Positions 1-9,487 of a DNA stretch of 64,000 nt are shown piece after piece (position 1 is the stretch's first letter; each line of letters opens with the position of its first letter). The position numbers were made by a program, and so were the translations under genes. This stretch comes from an uncultured archaeon. GTDB lineage: Archaea; Iainarchaeota; Iainarchaeia; Iainarchaeales; GCA-2688035. Under the pieces are notes generated by a model, which was not told where the DNA came from, searched no databases, and was given only the letters and a program-made list of their open reading frames with translations. The DNA is taken from positions 1 to 64,000 of the forward strand of contig CAYHBD010000016.1 of NCBI GenBank assembly GCA_964354805.1, in the 5' to 3' direction.

Positions 1-2
1 TC

Positions 3-131
3 AGGGCAGGCGCTGACATTGTCCAGGTTGGAACAGCCTTTGAATCAGACAAAGGCAACCTGCAGCAGATGGCAAAGCACTTCAAGGAAATAACAACAGC
101 GGTTAAAAAAGCGGGAAAGGAAAAGAAATAA
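3..131 (+). CDS. 3' end of a gene truncated by the window edge, possibly geranylgeranylglyceryl-phosphate synthase (TIM barrel)
   Basis: Hand translation RAGADIVQVGTAFESDKGNLQQMAKHFKEITTAVKKAGKEKK*; AGADIVxVGT resembles the GGGPS C-terminal motif. Confidence 0.5.
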   Translation, partial: RAGADIVQVGTAFESDKGNLQQMAKHFKEITTAVKKAGKEKK

Positions 132-365
132 AATTTCGCTAATTCACTGCTGATTTTAATTATTGTGCCAAAGTCTACAGTGTTGCGCAATTATTTCGCA
201 AAATTCAAATTTTAATTAATTGGCAACATTATTTTTAGTTGTTTTGCCCCAAACAATCAAATCACTTTGCCCCCTGCTGCTTCTGTGAATTATGCAACAC
301 AGCACCCAGTGCATTCGTTAGAAATGTTTTTATACGCGTGCAGCTATATTATACCTGAAGAAGAT

Positions 366-695
366 ATGGCAATACTAAAAAAGCTAGCCCCCCGGTTGAC
401 GGGGGATGGGGCAACCCATGCAAGGATGCCTTATGCTGGCAAAGGGTTTCATTGGAAAAGGGCCCGGGTTGGATGGGGCGTGAGTAAGGGCAGAAAAATA
501 GCGGTATTCGATGTAACAGAATTTGCCCAGAAAGGTAACGATCAAGTAGCAAGGCCAATTTATGTCGGGCCTCAGCGTAGGGCACATTATCGAAGTTTTA
601 AACTCAGCGATCCAGCGAAACGCAGTGGTCTCCGAAATAAAGTAATTTATTCCCTTGCAAAGAATCCCAAGAGAGCTAAGAGAAAAAGAAAATAA
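366..695 (+). CDS. Hypothetical basic protein
   Basis: ORF from ATG 366; K/R-rich tail KNPKRAKRKRK; lies between repeats of the upstream gene end. Confidence 0.6.
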   Translation: MAILKKLAPRLTGDGATHARMPYAGKGFHWKRARVGWGVSKGRKIAVFDVTEFAQKGNDQVARPIYVGPQRRAHYRSFKLSDPAKRSGLRNKVIYSLAKNPKRAKRKRK

Positions 696-733
696 GCCCT
701 GCTTCCAGAGGCAACAACCAAATTCTGCTTTAT

Positions 734-795
734 TGGCGAAGCACTTCAAGGAAATAACAAGCGCAGTTAAAAAGGCGGGAAAGGAAAAGAAATAA
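734..795 (+). repeat. 62-bp imperfect copy of the gene end at 70-131; third partial copy at 811-843
   Basis: 57/62 identity by eye; encodes AKHFKEITSAVKKAGKEKK*; 811-843 encodes AVEKAGKEKR*. Confidence 0.9.
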
Positions 796-877
796 AGGGC
801 AGGCAATGCTGCTGTGGAAAAAGCCGGAAAGGAAAAAAGGTAAGGATTAAATTTTCCTCTGCGCTAATTCTTTTGTT

Positions 878-1651
878 ATGGGTGGATTGCGGAGGCTTAG
901 GAGACACGGTCAAGCTGGGCGGCCTTCTCCACAGCCAACCGAGTTTGAGCTTTTTTTCAGGCAGGTTGTTGGCGAGCAGGCGCCCGGCGAAAGAGCTGCT
1001 ATCTCAAAGATGCTTAGGCGGCGCTTTGGCAAAGAGCTTGAAAGCCCGACGACTTCTTTGCAGAGGCTGCGTTTCATTTGGAACCGGGCGGCCCCCTTCT
1101 GGAAAAAAATGGTCACTCTTGATTTAATGGAGCATGGGCTAAAGTGCATTCAAATGCACGGGAGAATACACCCAACTGACCGCATTGCAAGCATTGGCAG
1201 CGGTCTTGCCATTCAGGAGGCTTTTATTGCAAAGCGCCTTGTTCCAAACGGCTGGGTTTCATGCATTGACCTTTCGCTTAAAATGTGCAGGCTTGCAAGG
1301 CAGACAAGGGAAAAAGCGCAAGTGAGCAACATGTCTGTTTCTGCAAGAAGCGGGCGCAGGACAGGGTTGCCGGGTGCCTCACAGGACAAGGTTCTTTTGA
1401 ACCAGGCGGTGTCAGCTGAAGAAATCCATTGGCTGCCAATCCTTAAGGAAGTTAGAAGGATAATCAAGCAAAGCCCTGATGCAAGATTCATTTTTTCTTT
1501 TACAACAAAAGACATAGAGAAAACAAAAGAGCCAGTCCTCAAATCGCTGAAAGAGAACGGCTTCCAGAAAGAGTTTGCAATAAAATACATGGTCAGCGGA
1601 AAGCAAAATGCAATAATGATAATAGCAAAGCCAGTTCCATTACAAAATTAA
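878..1651 (+). CDS. Class I SAM-dependent methyltransferase with Arg-rich N-terminus
   Basis: IASIGSGLA motif I and CIDLS motif. Confidence 0.7.
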   Translation: MGGLRRLRRHGQAGRPSPQPTEFELFFRQVVGEQAPGERAAISKMLRRRFGKELESPTTSLQRLRFIWNRAAPFWKKMVTLDLMEHGLKCIQMHGRIHPTDRIASIGSGLAIQEAFIAKRLVPNGWVSCIDLSLKMCRLARQTREKAQVSNMSVSARSGRRTGLPGASQDKVLLNQAVSAEEIHWLPILKEVRRIIKQSPDARFIFSFTTKDIEKTKEPVLKSLKENGFQKEFAIKYMVSGKQNAIMIIAKPVPLQN

Positions 1652-2556
1652 ATTTTTCCCTCTTTTTTCAATTCAGCAATCGTTTTTGCAATCGCTTCCT
1701 GCATTCCAGTTTTCGCTTTCCATCCGAGCGCGTTTATTTTGCCTGTGTTGTAGCTTCTTTCTCTTGCCAGCCTTTCAATGTGTTCTGCTATTACAATGCT
1801 TTTTTTGCCCCTGAGCAAATAAAGCAGGCTCAGGGCGTTTGCCGCAATCACAGGCATTGTTTTCACTTTTACTCTCATTCCAAGCTGCCTCTGTATTTCA
1901 GCATAAAGCTCGCGCAGCGAGTGCTGTTCTTGTTCCGCAACAATGAACGTTTCTCCAAAGCATTCGCTTCGCATTAAAACAAATAACAGCGCGTTCACCA
2001 AATCATCAACAAAAATTGTTTGCCATATTTGTTTTCCGCTTCCTGGCAATGGAAAGCTTTTTTTCACTAATTTTATTATCTGCTGCCAGTATTTATTGTA
2101 TCCGAGCACCAGCGCGCTGCGCAGCACTGTTATTGGAATCATTTCCTGGAATTCCTGCACCAGCTTTTCCGCATGTGCCTTGCTTTGCTCGTATTTTGTT
2201 GCAGGCGCGATTTCAGCGCTTTCGTCAATTCTCCCTGAACTGTTTCCGTGCACTCCAACAGTGCTTAAAAAAATGAATTGCTTGCATCTTTGTTTTGCTG
2301 CTGCCTCAAGCATGTTTTCCGTTCCTTTAACATTCACTTCGAACAATTTTTTGCTATGCTCATCCAATTCCGCCGCCAGATGATATACGACATCAATTCC
2401 CTGCATTGCTTTTTTGCATTGCCCCAAATCAGTTACATCGTCGCCTATTGCTAGGTCAAATTCCCTCACCTTGTGGCCCCTGCCAAGCAATTGTTCAACA
2501 AGCCTTTTTCCAACAAAGCCCTTTGAGCCCGTTACAAGAATATTCAAGCAAAACAC
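1648..2556 (-). CDS. NAD-dependent epimerase/dehydratase (extended SDR)
   Basis: ILVTGSKGFVG, HLAA and YEQSK motifs. Confidence 0.9.
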   Translation of the reverse strand: MFCLNILVTGSKGFVGKRLVEQLLGRGHKVREFDLAIGDDVTDLGQCKKAMQGIDVVYHLAAELDEHSKKLFEVNVKGTENMLEAAAKQRCKQFIFLSTVGVHGNSSGRIDESAEIAPATKYEQSKAHAEKLVQEFQEMIPITVLRSALVLGYNKYWQQIIKLVKKSFPLPGSGKQIWQTIFVDDLVNALLFVLMRSECFGETFIVAEQEQHSLRELYAEIQRQLGMRVKVKTMPVIAANALSLLYLLRGKKSIVIAEHIERLARERSYNTGKINALGWKAKTGMQEAIAKTIAELKKEGKI

Positions 2557-2616
2557 TGCTATAATTAGCTTTAATCGATTTTTAATTATATTTCAGCCAT
2601 TATTTTTTTGGTTAAA

Positions 2617-3672
2617 ATGATTGAAATCGACGGTGGAGAGGGTGAATCCGGCGGGCAGCTGACCAGAACAGCCCTTGCCCTTGCTGCCTTAACAAAGCAG
2701 GAAATTAGAATTGTGAACATCAGGGCAAAGAGGCCAAAGCCTGGCTTGCAGCAGCAGCATTTGGCTGCTGTTAAAACGCTTGCGGAAATCTGCGGTGCAC
2801 AGCTGCAGGGAGCGCAGCTGCATTCAACAAAACTGCTTTTTTCTCCGAAACAAATTCGCCAGGTTAATTTGAATGTTTCAATCGGAACTGCAGGAAGCGT
2901 TGCCCTTCTGCTTCAACAAATTCTGCCAGTTGCCCTGGTTGATGAAATAAAGCTGCGCGTTATCGGCGGAACAAATGTTGCATGGAGCCCGCCGATTGAG
3001 TTCATGCAGCGCGTGCTTTTCCATTCCTTGCAAAAAATGGGCGCCAGGTTTAATTTGTATGTAAACAAGAAGGGTTTTTTTCCTAAGGGTATGGGGATGG
3101 TCAGTTTCTCAAGCAAGCCGGCAAAGCTTCCGCTGCGCGCAATCAATTTAACCGAATTGGGCAAACTTGAATTCATTGAGATTTTGAGCAGCAGCGCCTC
3201 GCTGCCAAAAGAAGTAAGCAGAACCCAGGCAATAGCAGCAAGACGCGCCTTGCAGCATTTGAATGCCGATTTGAACATTGAATTCAGGGAATCAATTGAA
3301 AGCAGCGAGCACGCGGAAACAATCGGCTCGGCAATTTCCGCTTTCGCTTGCTTTTCAAGCGGCGCTGTGTTAAGCGGCAGCGCTTTGGGCGAAAAGGGAA
3401 AGCCGGCAGAGCGCGTTGGCGAAGAAGCAGCTCGCAACCTATTAAGCGAATTGGGTCCAAAGCAGCCCTGCGATTCCCATTTGGCAGACCAATTGATTCC
3501 ATTCATGGCTCTTGCCAAAGGAAAAAGCGAATTGCGCTGCACAAAGCTTACGCAGCATTGCCTTACAAACATTGCAATCGTTGAAAAATTCCTGCCTGTT
3601 AAATTTGCGGTTGAGGGGGAATTGGGCAAGCCAGCGAAAATAAGTGTTGAGGGTGTGGCATTCCCTGGGTAA
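2617..3672 (+). CDS. rtcA: RNA 3'-terminal phosphate cyclase
   Basis: IEIDGGEGESGGQ, RPKPGL, HLADQLIPFMALA, HCLTN. Confidence 0.95.
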   Translation: MIEIDGGEGESGGQLTRTALALAALTKQEIRIVNIRAKRPKPGLQQQHLAAVKTLAEICGAQLQGAQLHSTKLLFSPKQIRQVNLNVSIGTAGSVALLLQQILPVALVDEIKLRVIGGTNVAWSPPIEFMQRVLFHSLQKMGARFNLYVNKKGFFPKGMGMVSFSSKPAKLPLRAINLTELGKLEFIEILSSSASLPKEVSRTQAIAARRALQHLNADLNIEFRESIESSEHAETIGSAISAFACFSSGAVLSGSALGEKGKPAERVGEEAARNLLSELGPKQPCDSHLADQLIPFMALAKGKSELRCTKLTQHCLTNIAIVEKFLPVKFAVEGELGKPAKISVEGVAFPG

Positions 3673-3708
3673 AAAATTTGTGCTTCAATTGCTGGCGCTA
3701 TGCCGCGT

Positions 3709-5976
3709 TTAGCATCCTGCTCCAGTTTTATATTGCTTCAGTTTCTGCATTAGTGTTAGCATGCTTATTTCTCCTCTTTTCCATTGGTCGATGTATTCCC
3801 CCATTTTTGTGGGGGTAATGCATCCTTGTGGGCAGTCTGCCGGGCAGTTTTGGTTGTTTTCCTCTTCAGCTGTGTCGCATCTGCCGTTGCCGCAGCATAA
3901 TATCATAAAATAGCCTTGGTCGTCTGTTAAGCCAAAGTAAGGGTTGATTTTGTTATCAAATGTTATATTGGCGTCACCAGCTATACTTAACTTCCATATT
4001 TTATTTTTGCTTTCATCAGGGACATTATTAATACTCAAAGGAAAATGGTTGCTGGATGCAGGTATGCTGCCTTCAGCTGCAGGTGTTGTTTCTGCGGGCC
4101 TGAAAACTTTAGCCCAGATTCCTGCTCCACTGCCTCCGTCTTTAAATTCAATGTTAAAATTGGGCGTGCTGCCATTGACCCAGAAAGTTAGCTCTTCGAA
4201 ATTTCGCGTTTCTCGGTCGAGATAGAAGTAACTTGGATTGATCGAATGGACCGCGGTTTTAGAATATAGCATTAGGGGGGCATTTGTTTTTGTTATTGAA
4301 AAGGCATTTCGCATTGGGTTTATTAATAGCAGATAGTAGCCTGTTTTTGGGGCATTAAATGAAATATTCCCACTTTCGTTTGCTTTAACATGCCCTTTTG
4401 TTATTTCGTTTCCTTCAGAGTCAATTACTGAATAAGTTAAACCGTCCATGTCATAGACCCATACTTTCTTGCTTGCTAGTTCTATTTCCACAGGTTTTCC
4501 TTTTTCAGTTTTGATTATAAAATTATGTTGCCCTCTAAGCCACAATTCTTTACCTTCAAGAGATAGAACAGGGAGCTCCCCCGTATGCTGTGCCACTGGG
4601 CATAGCCTGTCAAAATCAAACCCTATTATCGCAGGGTCTTCGTACATTTGAGGCTCTGATACTTCAATAGTACGGGGGGGAATCTTTCCGTCCAGTGCAT
4701 CCCTTGCAATATCCATCTGATCATAATAAACTCCAACTGTTTCATCATACTGGCTTTGGTTTTGGCAGTTGTATAAAGTGTCGTTTCTTTGGTTATAGCA
4801 TTTTAGGACTATGGATGGTGCCCAAGACTTTTTGATGTCGTCAAGACTCTCTGTAAATGTCCTGGTGGTGTAAATCCAACAGCCGTTTGTCTGATTAGCC
4901 GTGTTGAAAAGATTGTATGCCCAATTTGTTGGGGAATAATAGTAATTAATTAGCCCGCTGACATAGTATGCGTATATTTCTTCTCCATAAACCTCAGACA
5001 AATTATAATACGGTGGTGAAGCGTCAATTTTATTTTCACTCAAATTTGCAGGAATTGTTTCTGCACCGCCACCATAATAAGTTTCCGTTGCCCAAATAAC
5101 AGTTGGCTTGTCTGGGTCGCTCCACCCGTCAAAGATATTGTTGAGGTATTTTGCATGATCGGGTGAAGGGTAGGTTCCAATCAAAAAATTTTGGTTTACT
5201 TTTTCTACAGCCTCTTTCATGGCTCCAGCAAGACTTTTCAATTCCTCCCCAAGGAATGAATAGTAGCCATCGTCGCCATCCAATTTCCCGTTTGATGCCA
5301 GCCAATTGTATCTTTCCCCTGGATTTGTTGGAGGCTGGCAACCGCTGCATTTGGTGCTAATATACTTATTGAAAATGTGGTCTTCGAATCCCACCGTTTT
5401 ATCAAAATAGTGGGGGGTTTCTTTACCGCAGTCGTACAATTCAAAGTCAAACTGTATGCCATCTACCCTATACTCTTCCTTTAGGTCTAATTTTGCTAGG
5501 TTGACGACAAGATCTGTCAAATGCTGCCAATAGGTTGCATCCCAAGGGCTAACGAGTTGGCTCGTCCTGCAGCTGCTGTTATCGCAAAGTAAAACTGTGT
5601 TAACAGCGAAAGGGTCCTCGGTTCCAACGCAATGGACAAAATTAAGTCCCACGAAATTCGCTATGTTCTTTAGTTTTGCCCAAGAAGCAAACTGTTTAAC
5701 AGAATCAGGCACATTATCAGCGTATGGCAGCTTTGAGTAGTCTACGCTGTTACTATAGTAGGCTTGAGCGTCAGTGCCGTACCCTTTTCCTTTTATTACA
5801 ATTGTGTTTATTCCATGGTTTATCAATTCGTCTATGTCGTGTTCTTCTGTTTCCCAAGAATAAGTGTAAGCCGCCATTATCTTGTCTGGCAGCGCTGCAT
5901 AGCAGCCGCTGCTTGTCAGCAGGAACACCATTGCGCAGAGAATTGCAAGAATTGCATTGTTTTGCTTCATTTTCAT
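3709..5976 (-). CDS. Secreted glycoside-hydrolase-like protein with Cys-rich linker and shared C-terminal module
   Basis: Signal peptide; VDGIQFDFELYD; paralogous to 58463-59971; tail YIDQWKRGEISMLTLMQK. Confidence 0.65.
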   Translation of the reverse strand: MKMKQNNAILAILCAMVFLLTSSGCYAALPDKIMAAYTYSWETEEHDIDELINHGINTIVIKGKGYGTDAQAYYSNSVDYSKLPYADNVPDSVKQFASWAKLKNIANFVGLNFVHCVGTEDPFAVNTVLLCDNSSCRTSQLVSPWDATYWQHLTDLVVNLAKLDLKEEYRVDGIQFDFELYDCGKETPHYFDKTVGFEDHIFNKYISTKCSGCQPPTNPGERYNWLASNGKLDGDDGYYSFLGEELKSLAGAMKEAVEKVNQNFLIGTYPSPDHAKYLNNIFDGWSDPDKPTVIWATETYYGGGAETIPANLSENKIDASPPYYNLSEVYGEEIYAYYVSGLINYYYSPTNWAYNLFNTANQTNGCWIYTTRTFTESLDDIKKSWAPSIVLKCYNQRNDTLYNCQNQSQYDETVGVYYDQMDIARDALDGKIPPRTIEVSEPQMYEDPAIIGFDFDRLCPVAQHTGELPVLSLEGKELWLRGQHNFIIKTEKGKPVEIELASKKVWVYDMDGLTYSVIDSEGNEITKGHVKANESGNISFNAPKTGYYLLLINPMRNAFSITKTNAPLMLYSKTAVHSINPSYFYLDRETRNFEELTFWVNGSTPNFNIEFKDGGSGAGIWAKVFRPAETTPAAEGSIPASSNHFPLSINNVPDESKNKIWKLSIAGDANITFDNKINPYFGLTDDQGYFMILCCGNGRCDTAEEENNQNCPADCPQGCITPTKMGEYIDQWKRGEISMLTLMQKLKQYKTGAGC

Positions 5977-6069
5977 TCATTTAGAATAAGCATTTTGTTT
6001 AATAAAAATTTAACTAACAGGCAACGCTGCCCTAATGAAAAAGACAGCGGTGGCTTGTTTTTTCTGCGT

Positions 6070-6885
6070 TTACAAAAACAAAACGCTAATCAAATCAGGC
6101 GCTGCCAGTGCAGCAATGCACCCGAGCAATACAAACGGCGCAAATGGCGGCATGTCCCTGTAAACAGGAACCTTTTTCAATCCCATTTTGCGCAGTATTG
6201 CAATTTCTTTTTTTCCAAAAACGCCCTTCAAATGCAGCCTCAGCCTGTGCTTTGTTTTTTTGTTCAAAAACTCTGTGGCAATCACTTCATCCTCGTCCAA
6301 TTCCTTCAGCTTTACGTATCGCAGGAAAAAACAGCGTCTTATTCCATGTTCAAAAGCCATGAATAGCAGCGCGAGCCCTAGCGGCAAAGCAAGCAGTGCA
6401 ATCGTTGTTAGTGCAACCGCACCCAATTGGGCAAGTGCAACCAAATATGCCACAATGATTATTGCAAACCCGGCTGCCTTTTGCGTGCTGCCCTTGTTCT
6501 CTTTCCAGCTTATGCCCTTTCGCGCATATTTTGTAACAAAAAAGATTGCGTAAAAGGTTACTGCAAACAGCGCTGCAACAAACAAGGAATTCAACAAAAA
6601 CAATTGTTTTCCATAAAAGGGCAGAAGGAAAGCGATTGCGGTAAAAAGCTTCACATCCCCGCCGCCAATCTTTCCCAAATAATAAACAGCGTAACCGATT
6701 GCGAAAACAGCTGCGCCGATTGCAAGAAAAAGCAGGTTCCATTCAATCAAATCCAGCAAAATCCCTGCAGCAATCATCGGATAGGTGATTTTGTCAAAAA
6801 TCAAGCCGGTTCTTGCATCAGTGTAAGCGCCGGCAGCACAGCCCGCAAGCAAAACGGCAATCCTTGCGCTTATAAATAAATCCAT
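6070..6885 (-). CDS. A24 family prepilin peptidase
   Basis: AYTD, IGGGDVK and PFAPF motifs; multiple TM helices. Confidence 0.9.
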   Translation of the reverse strand: MDLFISARIAVLLAGCAAGAYTDARTGLIFDKITYPMIAAGILLDLIEWNLLFLAIGAAVFAIGYAVYYLGKIGGGDVKLFTAIAFLLPFYGKQLFLLNSLFVAALFAVTFYAIFFVTKYARKGISWKENKGSTQKAAGFAIIIVAYLVALAQLGAVALTTIALLALPLGLALLFMAFEHGIRRCFFLRYVKLKELDEDEVIATEFLNKKTKHRLRLHLKGVFGKKEIAILRKMGLKKVPVYRDMPPFAPFVLLGCIAALAAPDLISVLFL

Positions 6886-6965
6886 TATTTTTCACCATAA
6901 TATTTTTTGTTTTTCGCTCACCATTTTTTCAAGTGTGTTTATTTTTCACCATAATATTTTTTGTT
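6885..6965 (-). repeat. 27-bp exact direct repeat of the yjjX 3' end (6885-6911 and 6939-6965)
   Basis: TTATTTTTCACCATAATATTTTTTGTT occurs twice, 27 nt apart. Confidence 0.9.
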
Positions 6966-7478
6966 CACTATTGGCGCCAGAGCCATGAACAGGCCCATTT
7001 CGTGCAGCAGGTGCCTTGGCACCTTTCCTTTTGTAAGCCTGCCAACACCGCCCATTTCATCCCGCAAATCTTCGTTCCACTCTTCCAGAAAAACATCGCT
7101 TACCTCTTTTCCCTCGCGCAGAATTTTTTCAACAACCTTTTTCGGATACTCAAAAGCGGGGGTTAAGCCAAGGTGCACCTGCTTTCCGTCAAAGATTGCA
7201 ACAGCAGCAGCATCCATATACCCTGTTTTCGTTAGGGGAACCTTAAACAACCCTGCTTCAATTCCAACACTGTAATCGCATTTTCCATGTTCCGCACGCC
7301 AAGCGTTCTTTGCCCTGTTGACTGCTCCCTGGACTGTTTCAGCAAGAGTCAGTGGCTGCGCGTTCACTCCGCTTTGTGTTTCAATGCCCTTCACTTTCAG
7401 CGCCTTGAAGAAGTGCGCGAAAGCGTTTTCAACTGCCTTGACCTTTGCAGGATTTTTTGAGCCGACGATTACGAGCAT
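6939..7478 (-). CDS. yjjX: Inosine/xanthosine triphosphatase
   Basis: VGSKNPAKV, SGVNAQP, GAVNRA, VGIEAG; start placed at ATG 7478 behind a GGTGA Shine-Dalgarno. Confidence 0.9.
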   Translation of the reverse strand: MLVIVGSKNPAKVKAVENAFAHFFKALKVKGIETQSGVNAQPLTLAETVQGAVNRAKNAWRAEHGKCDYSVGIEAGLFKVPLTKTGYMDAAAVAIFDGKQVHLGLTPAFEYPKKVVEKILREGKEVSDVFLEEWNEDLRDEMGGVGRLTKGKVPRHLLHEMGLFMALAPIVNKKYYGEK

Positions 7479-7483
7479 TTTTT

Positions 7484-8020
7484 TCACCGTTTGTTTTTTT
7501 TCTTTCTGTCTTTTGCCCACTGTTTCTCCAGTAGAACTTTGCCGCTTACCATCCCCCTGTGGCTTCTGTAATAATTTGTTTCATCCTCAAGGTATTGTTC
7601 AAAATAGTGCATAAACTGCCTTGCGCCTCTTTTGCCTATAAGCAAGCCGAGCTTTGCTTCCGCTGCCCCCCAATTAACGCGCGTTTCTCCGCTTAAAGAA
7701 ATTTTTCGCTTCTTGTAAAGGTCCTTTATTATTCTTCTAATACTGTGGTTTGTTTTTCTGTTGAAAACCCCGTATGAGTCAACCATTGACCACAAAGCCC
7801 TGTGCGCTGTTCTCTCCAACAGTAGCTGCCTGATGCCTCCTTTTTTGGCAGCCAAGTCAAAATTCCACCCCGCTGTTTTCAAATTCGGGATGGTGCCTCT
7901 TAATTTCATCACAACTGCCACCCGCTCTAGCCTCTGGCTTGTGCCATTGAATTTTATTGTGCCTTTTCTGGCAATTGGTTTCATTCTGCTTTTTGGTTTC
8001 CTACTAATGGGGTTCCGCAT
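7484..8020 (-). CDS. Hypothetical basic protein flanked by 14-bp direct repeats
   Basis: K/R-rich termini; GCATTTTTTTCACC at 7475-7488 and 8017-8030. Confidence 0.7.
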   Translation of the reverse strand: MRNPISRKPKSRMKPIARKGTIKFNGTSQRLERVAVVMKLRGTIPNLKTAGWNFDLAAKKGGIRQLLLERTAHRALWSMVDSYGVFNRKTNHSIRRIIKDLYKKRKISLSGETRVNWGAAEAKLGLLIGKRGARQFMHYFEQYLEDETNYYRSHRGMVSGKVLLEKQWAKDRKKKNKR

Positions 8021-8066
8021 TTTTTTCACCTTATCTTAAACTTCTTTTTCAGTTTTTTTCCCCGCC

Positions 8067-9425
8067 CTATCTTATCTTAAACTTTTTCTTTTTCTTCCTT
8101 CCGAACATCTGCGCGAGCTTCTGCATGTCCAAGCCGCCTTTTTTCTCAAGCATTTTCTCGTCCAGCTTCCTGAATTTTTTGAAAACCCCTGCCATCTGCT
8201 TGAATGCCTTTAACAGCTCCCTTACCCCTGCCTCGTTCTTTCCCGAGCCTTTTGCAGCTCTTTCAATCCTGCTTCTGTTCATCAAATCTGGATTCAGCTT
8301 TTCCTGTTTTGTCATTGAATCCATAATCACCCTGAACCCGTCAAGCTTTTCCTCCGTCATTTCAAGCATTTCTTTCGGCAACTGCATCTGCATTCCCATC
8401 ATTTCAGCAACCTTTGTAAGCGGCCCCATTTTCCTCGCTGCCTTCAGCTGCTTGTAGAAAACATCCAGATTAAACTCGCCCTGCAGCAGTTCTTCAGGGG
8501 AAAGCTCTTCCTCTTCTCCCACTTCCTTGGCTTTCTCAAGCAACGCCTGCAGGTCTCCATACCCCATTATTCTGCCCAGATACCTTTGTGCATCAAATTG
8601 CTGTAAGTCATCAAGCTTTTCGCCTGTTCCAATGAAGTAAACAGGGCATTTTGCAACATGGCATGCTGACAATGCTCCGCCGCCTTTTGCACTTCCGTCA
8701 ATTCTCGTGATGATTACTCCGTTCACTCCAACAGCATCGTGGAATGCAGTTGCCTGCTTTTTTGCAAGCTGCCCAACATCAGCGCCGATTACAATCCATT
8801 TCTCGTCAGGCCTCAGGGCTTTGTCAATTGCCTTTATTTCAGAAACAAGTTCTCGGTCAAAGGCATCCCTTCCTGCGCTGTCAACAATTACAGTGTCGGC
8901 TTTTTTGAATTCCTTTAATCCCTGCTCGACAATTTTTGCTGCGTTCTTTTCTTTCCTATTTCCGTAAAATGGTATTTTTGCTTTTTCGCTCAACTGCTGC
9001 AGCTGTTCGAATGCAGCAGGCCTGAAAGAGTCAGCGCAGATTACACCCACATGGTGCCCCCTTTTCATGAAATACTTTGCAAGCTTTGCTGTTGAGGTTG
9101 TTTTTCCCATTCCGTACAATCCGACAAGCAGAATCCGTTTTGGCTTTTCAGGCGCCTTTTTTTCCGTTCCGCCAAGCAGTTCAACCAGGCTGTCATAAGT
9201 TACCTTTATCACATGCTCCTTTCTTGTCAGGCCAGCAGGCAACTTTTCCAGCATTGCGTCTGATTCGATTTTTTTGGTTAAATCAAGGACAAGCTGCACT
9301 TCAACATCTGCCGCAATAAGCGCTCTCTGCAATTCTTTGACAGCTTCCTTGATTGTGCCCTTGTCAAAGACAGTTGCCTTCCTTAAAGCGTCAATTGCTG
9401 AACGCAGTTTTTCTCCAAGACCCAT
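8067..9425 (-). CDS. srp54: Signal recognition particle protein SRP54
   Basis: GLYGMGKTT, DSAGR, DGSAKGGG, Met-rich M domain. Confidence 0.97.
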   Translation of the reverse strand: MGLGEKLRSAIDALRKATVFDKGTIKEAVKELQRALIAADVEVQLVLDLTKKIESDAMLEKLPAGLTRKEHVIKVTYDSLVELLGGTEKKAPEKPKRILLVGLYGMGKTTSTAKLAKYFMKRGHHVGVICADSFRPAAFEQLQQLSEKAKIPFYGNRKEKNAAKIVEQGLKEFKKADTVIVDSAGRDAFDRELVSEIKAIDKALRPDEKWIVIGADVGQLAKKQATAFHDAVGVNGVIITRIDGSAKGGGALSACHVAKCPVYFIGTGEKLDDLQQFDAQRYLGRIMGYGDLQALLEKAKEVGEEEELSPEELLQGEFNLDVFYKQLKAARKMGPLTKVAEMMGMQMQLPKEMLEMTEEKLDGFRVIMDSMTKQEKLNPDLMNRSRIERAAKGSGKNEAGVRELLKAFKQMAGVFKKFRKLDEKMLEKKGGLDMQKLAQMFGRKKKKKFKIR

Positions 9426-9487
9426 TTTGAACCACTTTTATCTAAATTTCTGGGGAAAAGGGTTAATAACCTTTTTAGTTTCTTTAT

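Noticed and set aside
2500-2525. AAGCCTTTTTCCAACAAAGCCCTT resembling the hairpin family
   Set aside because: Poor pairing, and it encodes the conserved KGFVGKRL motif of the epimerase
2913-3629. Long antisense ORFs (also 17061-17870, 28322-28954, 60092-61042, 61044-61943)
   Set aside because: Shadows of well-supported genes on the opposite strand
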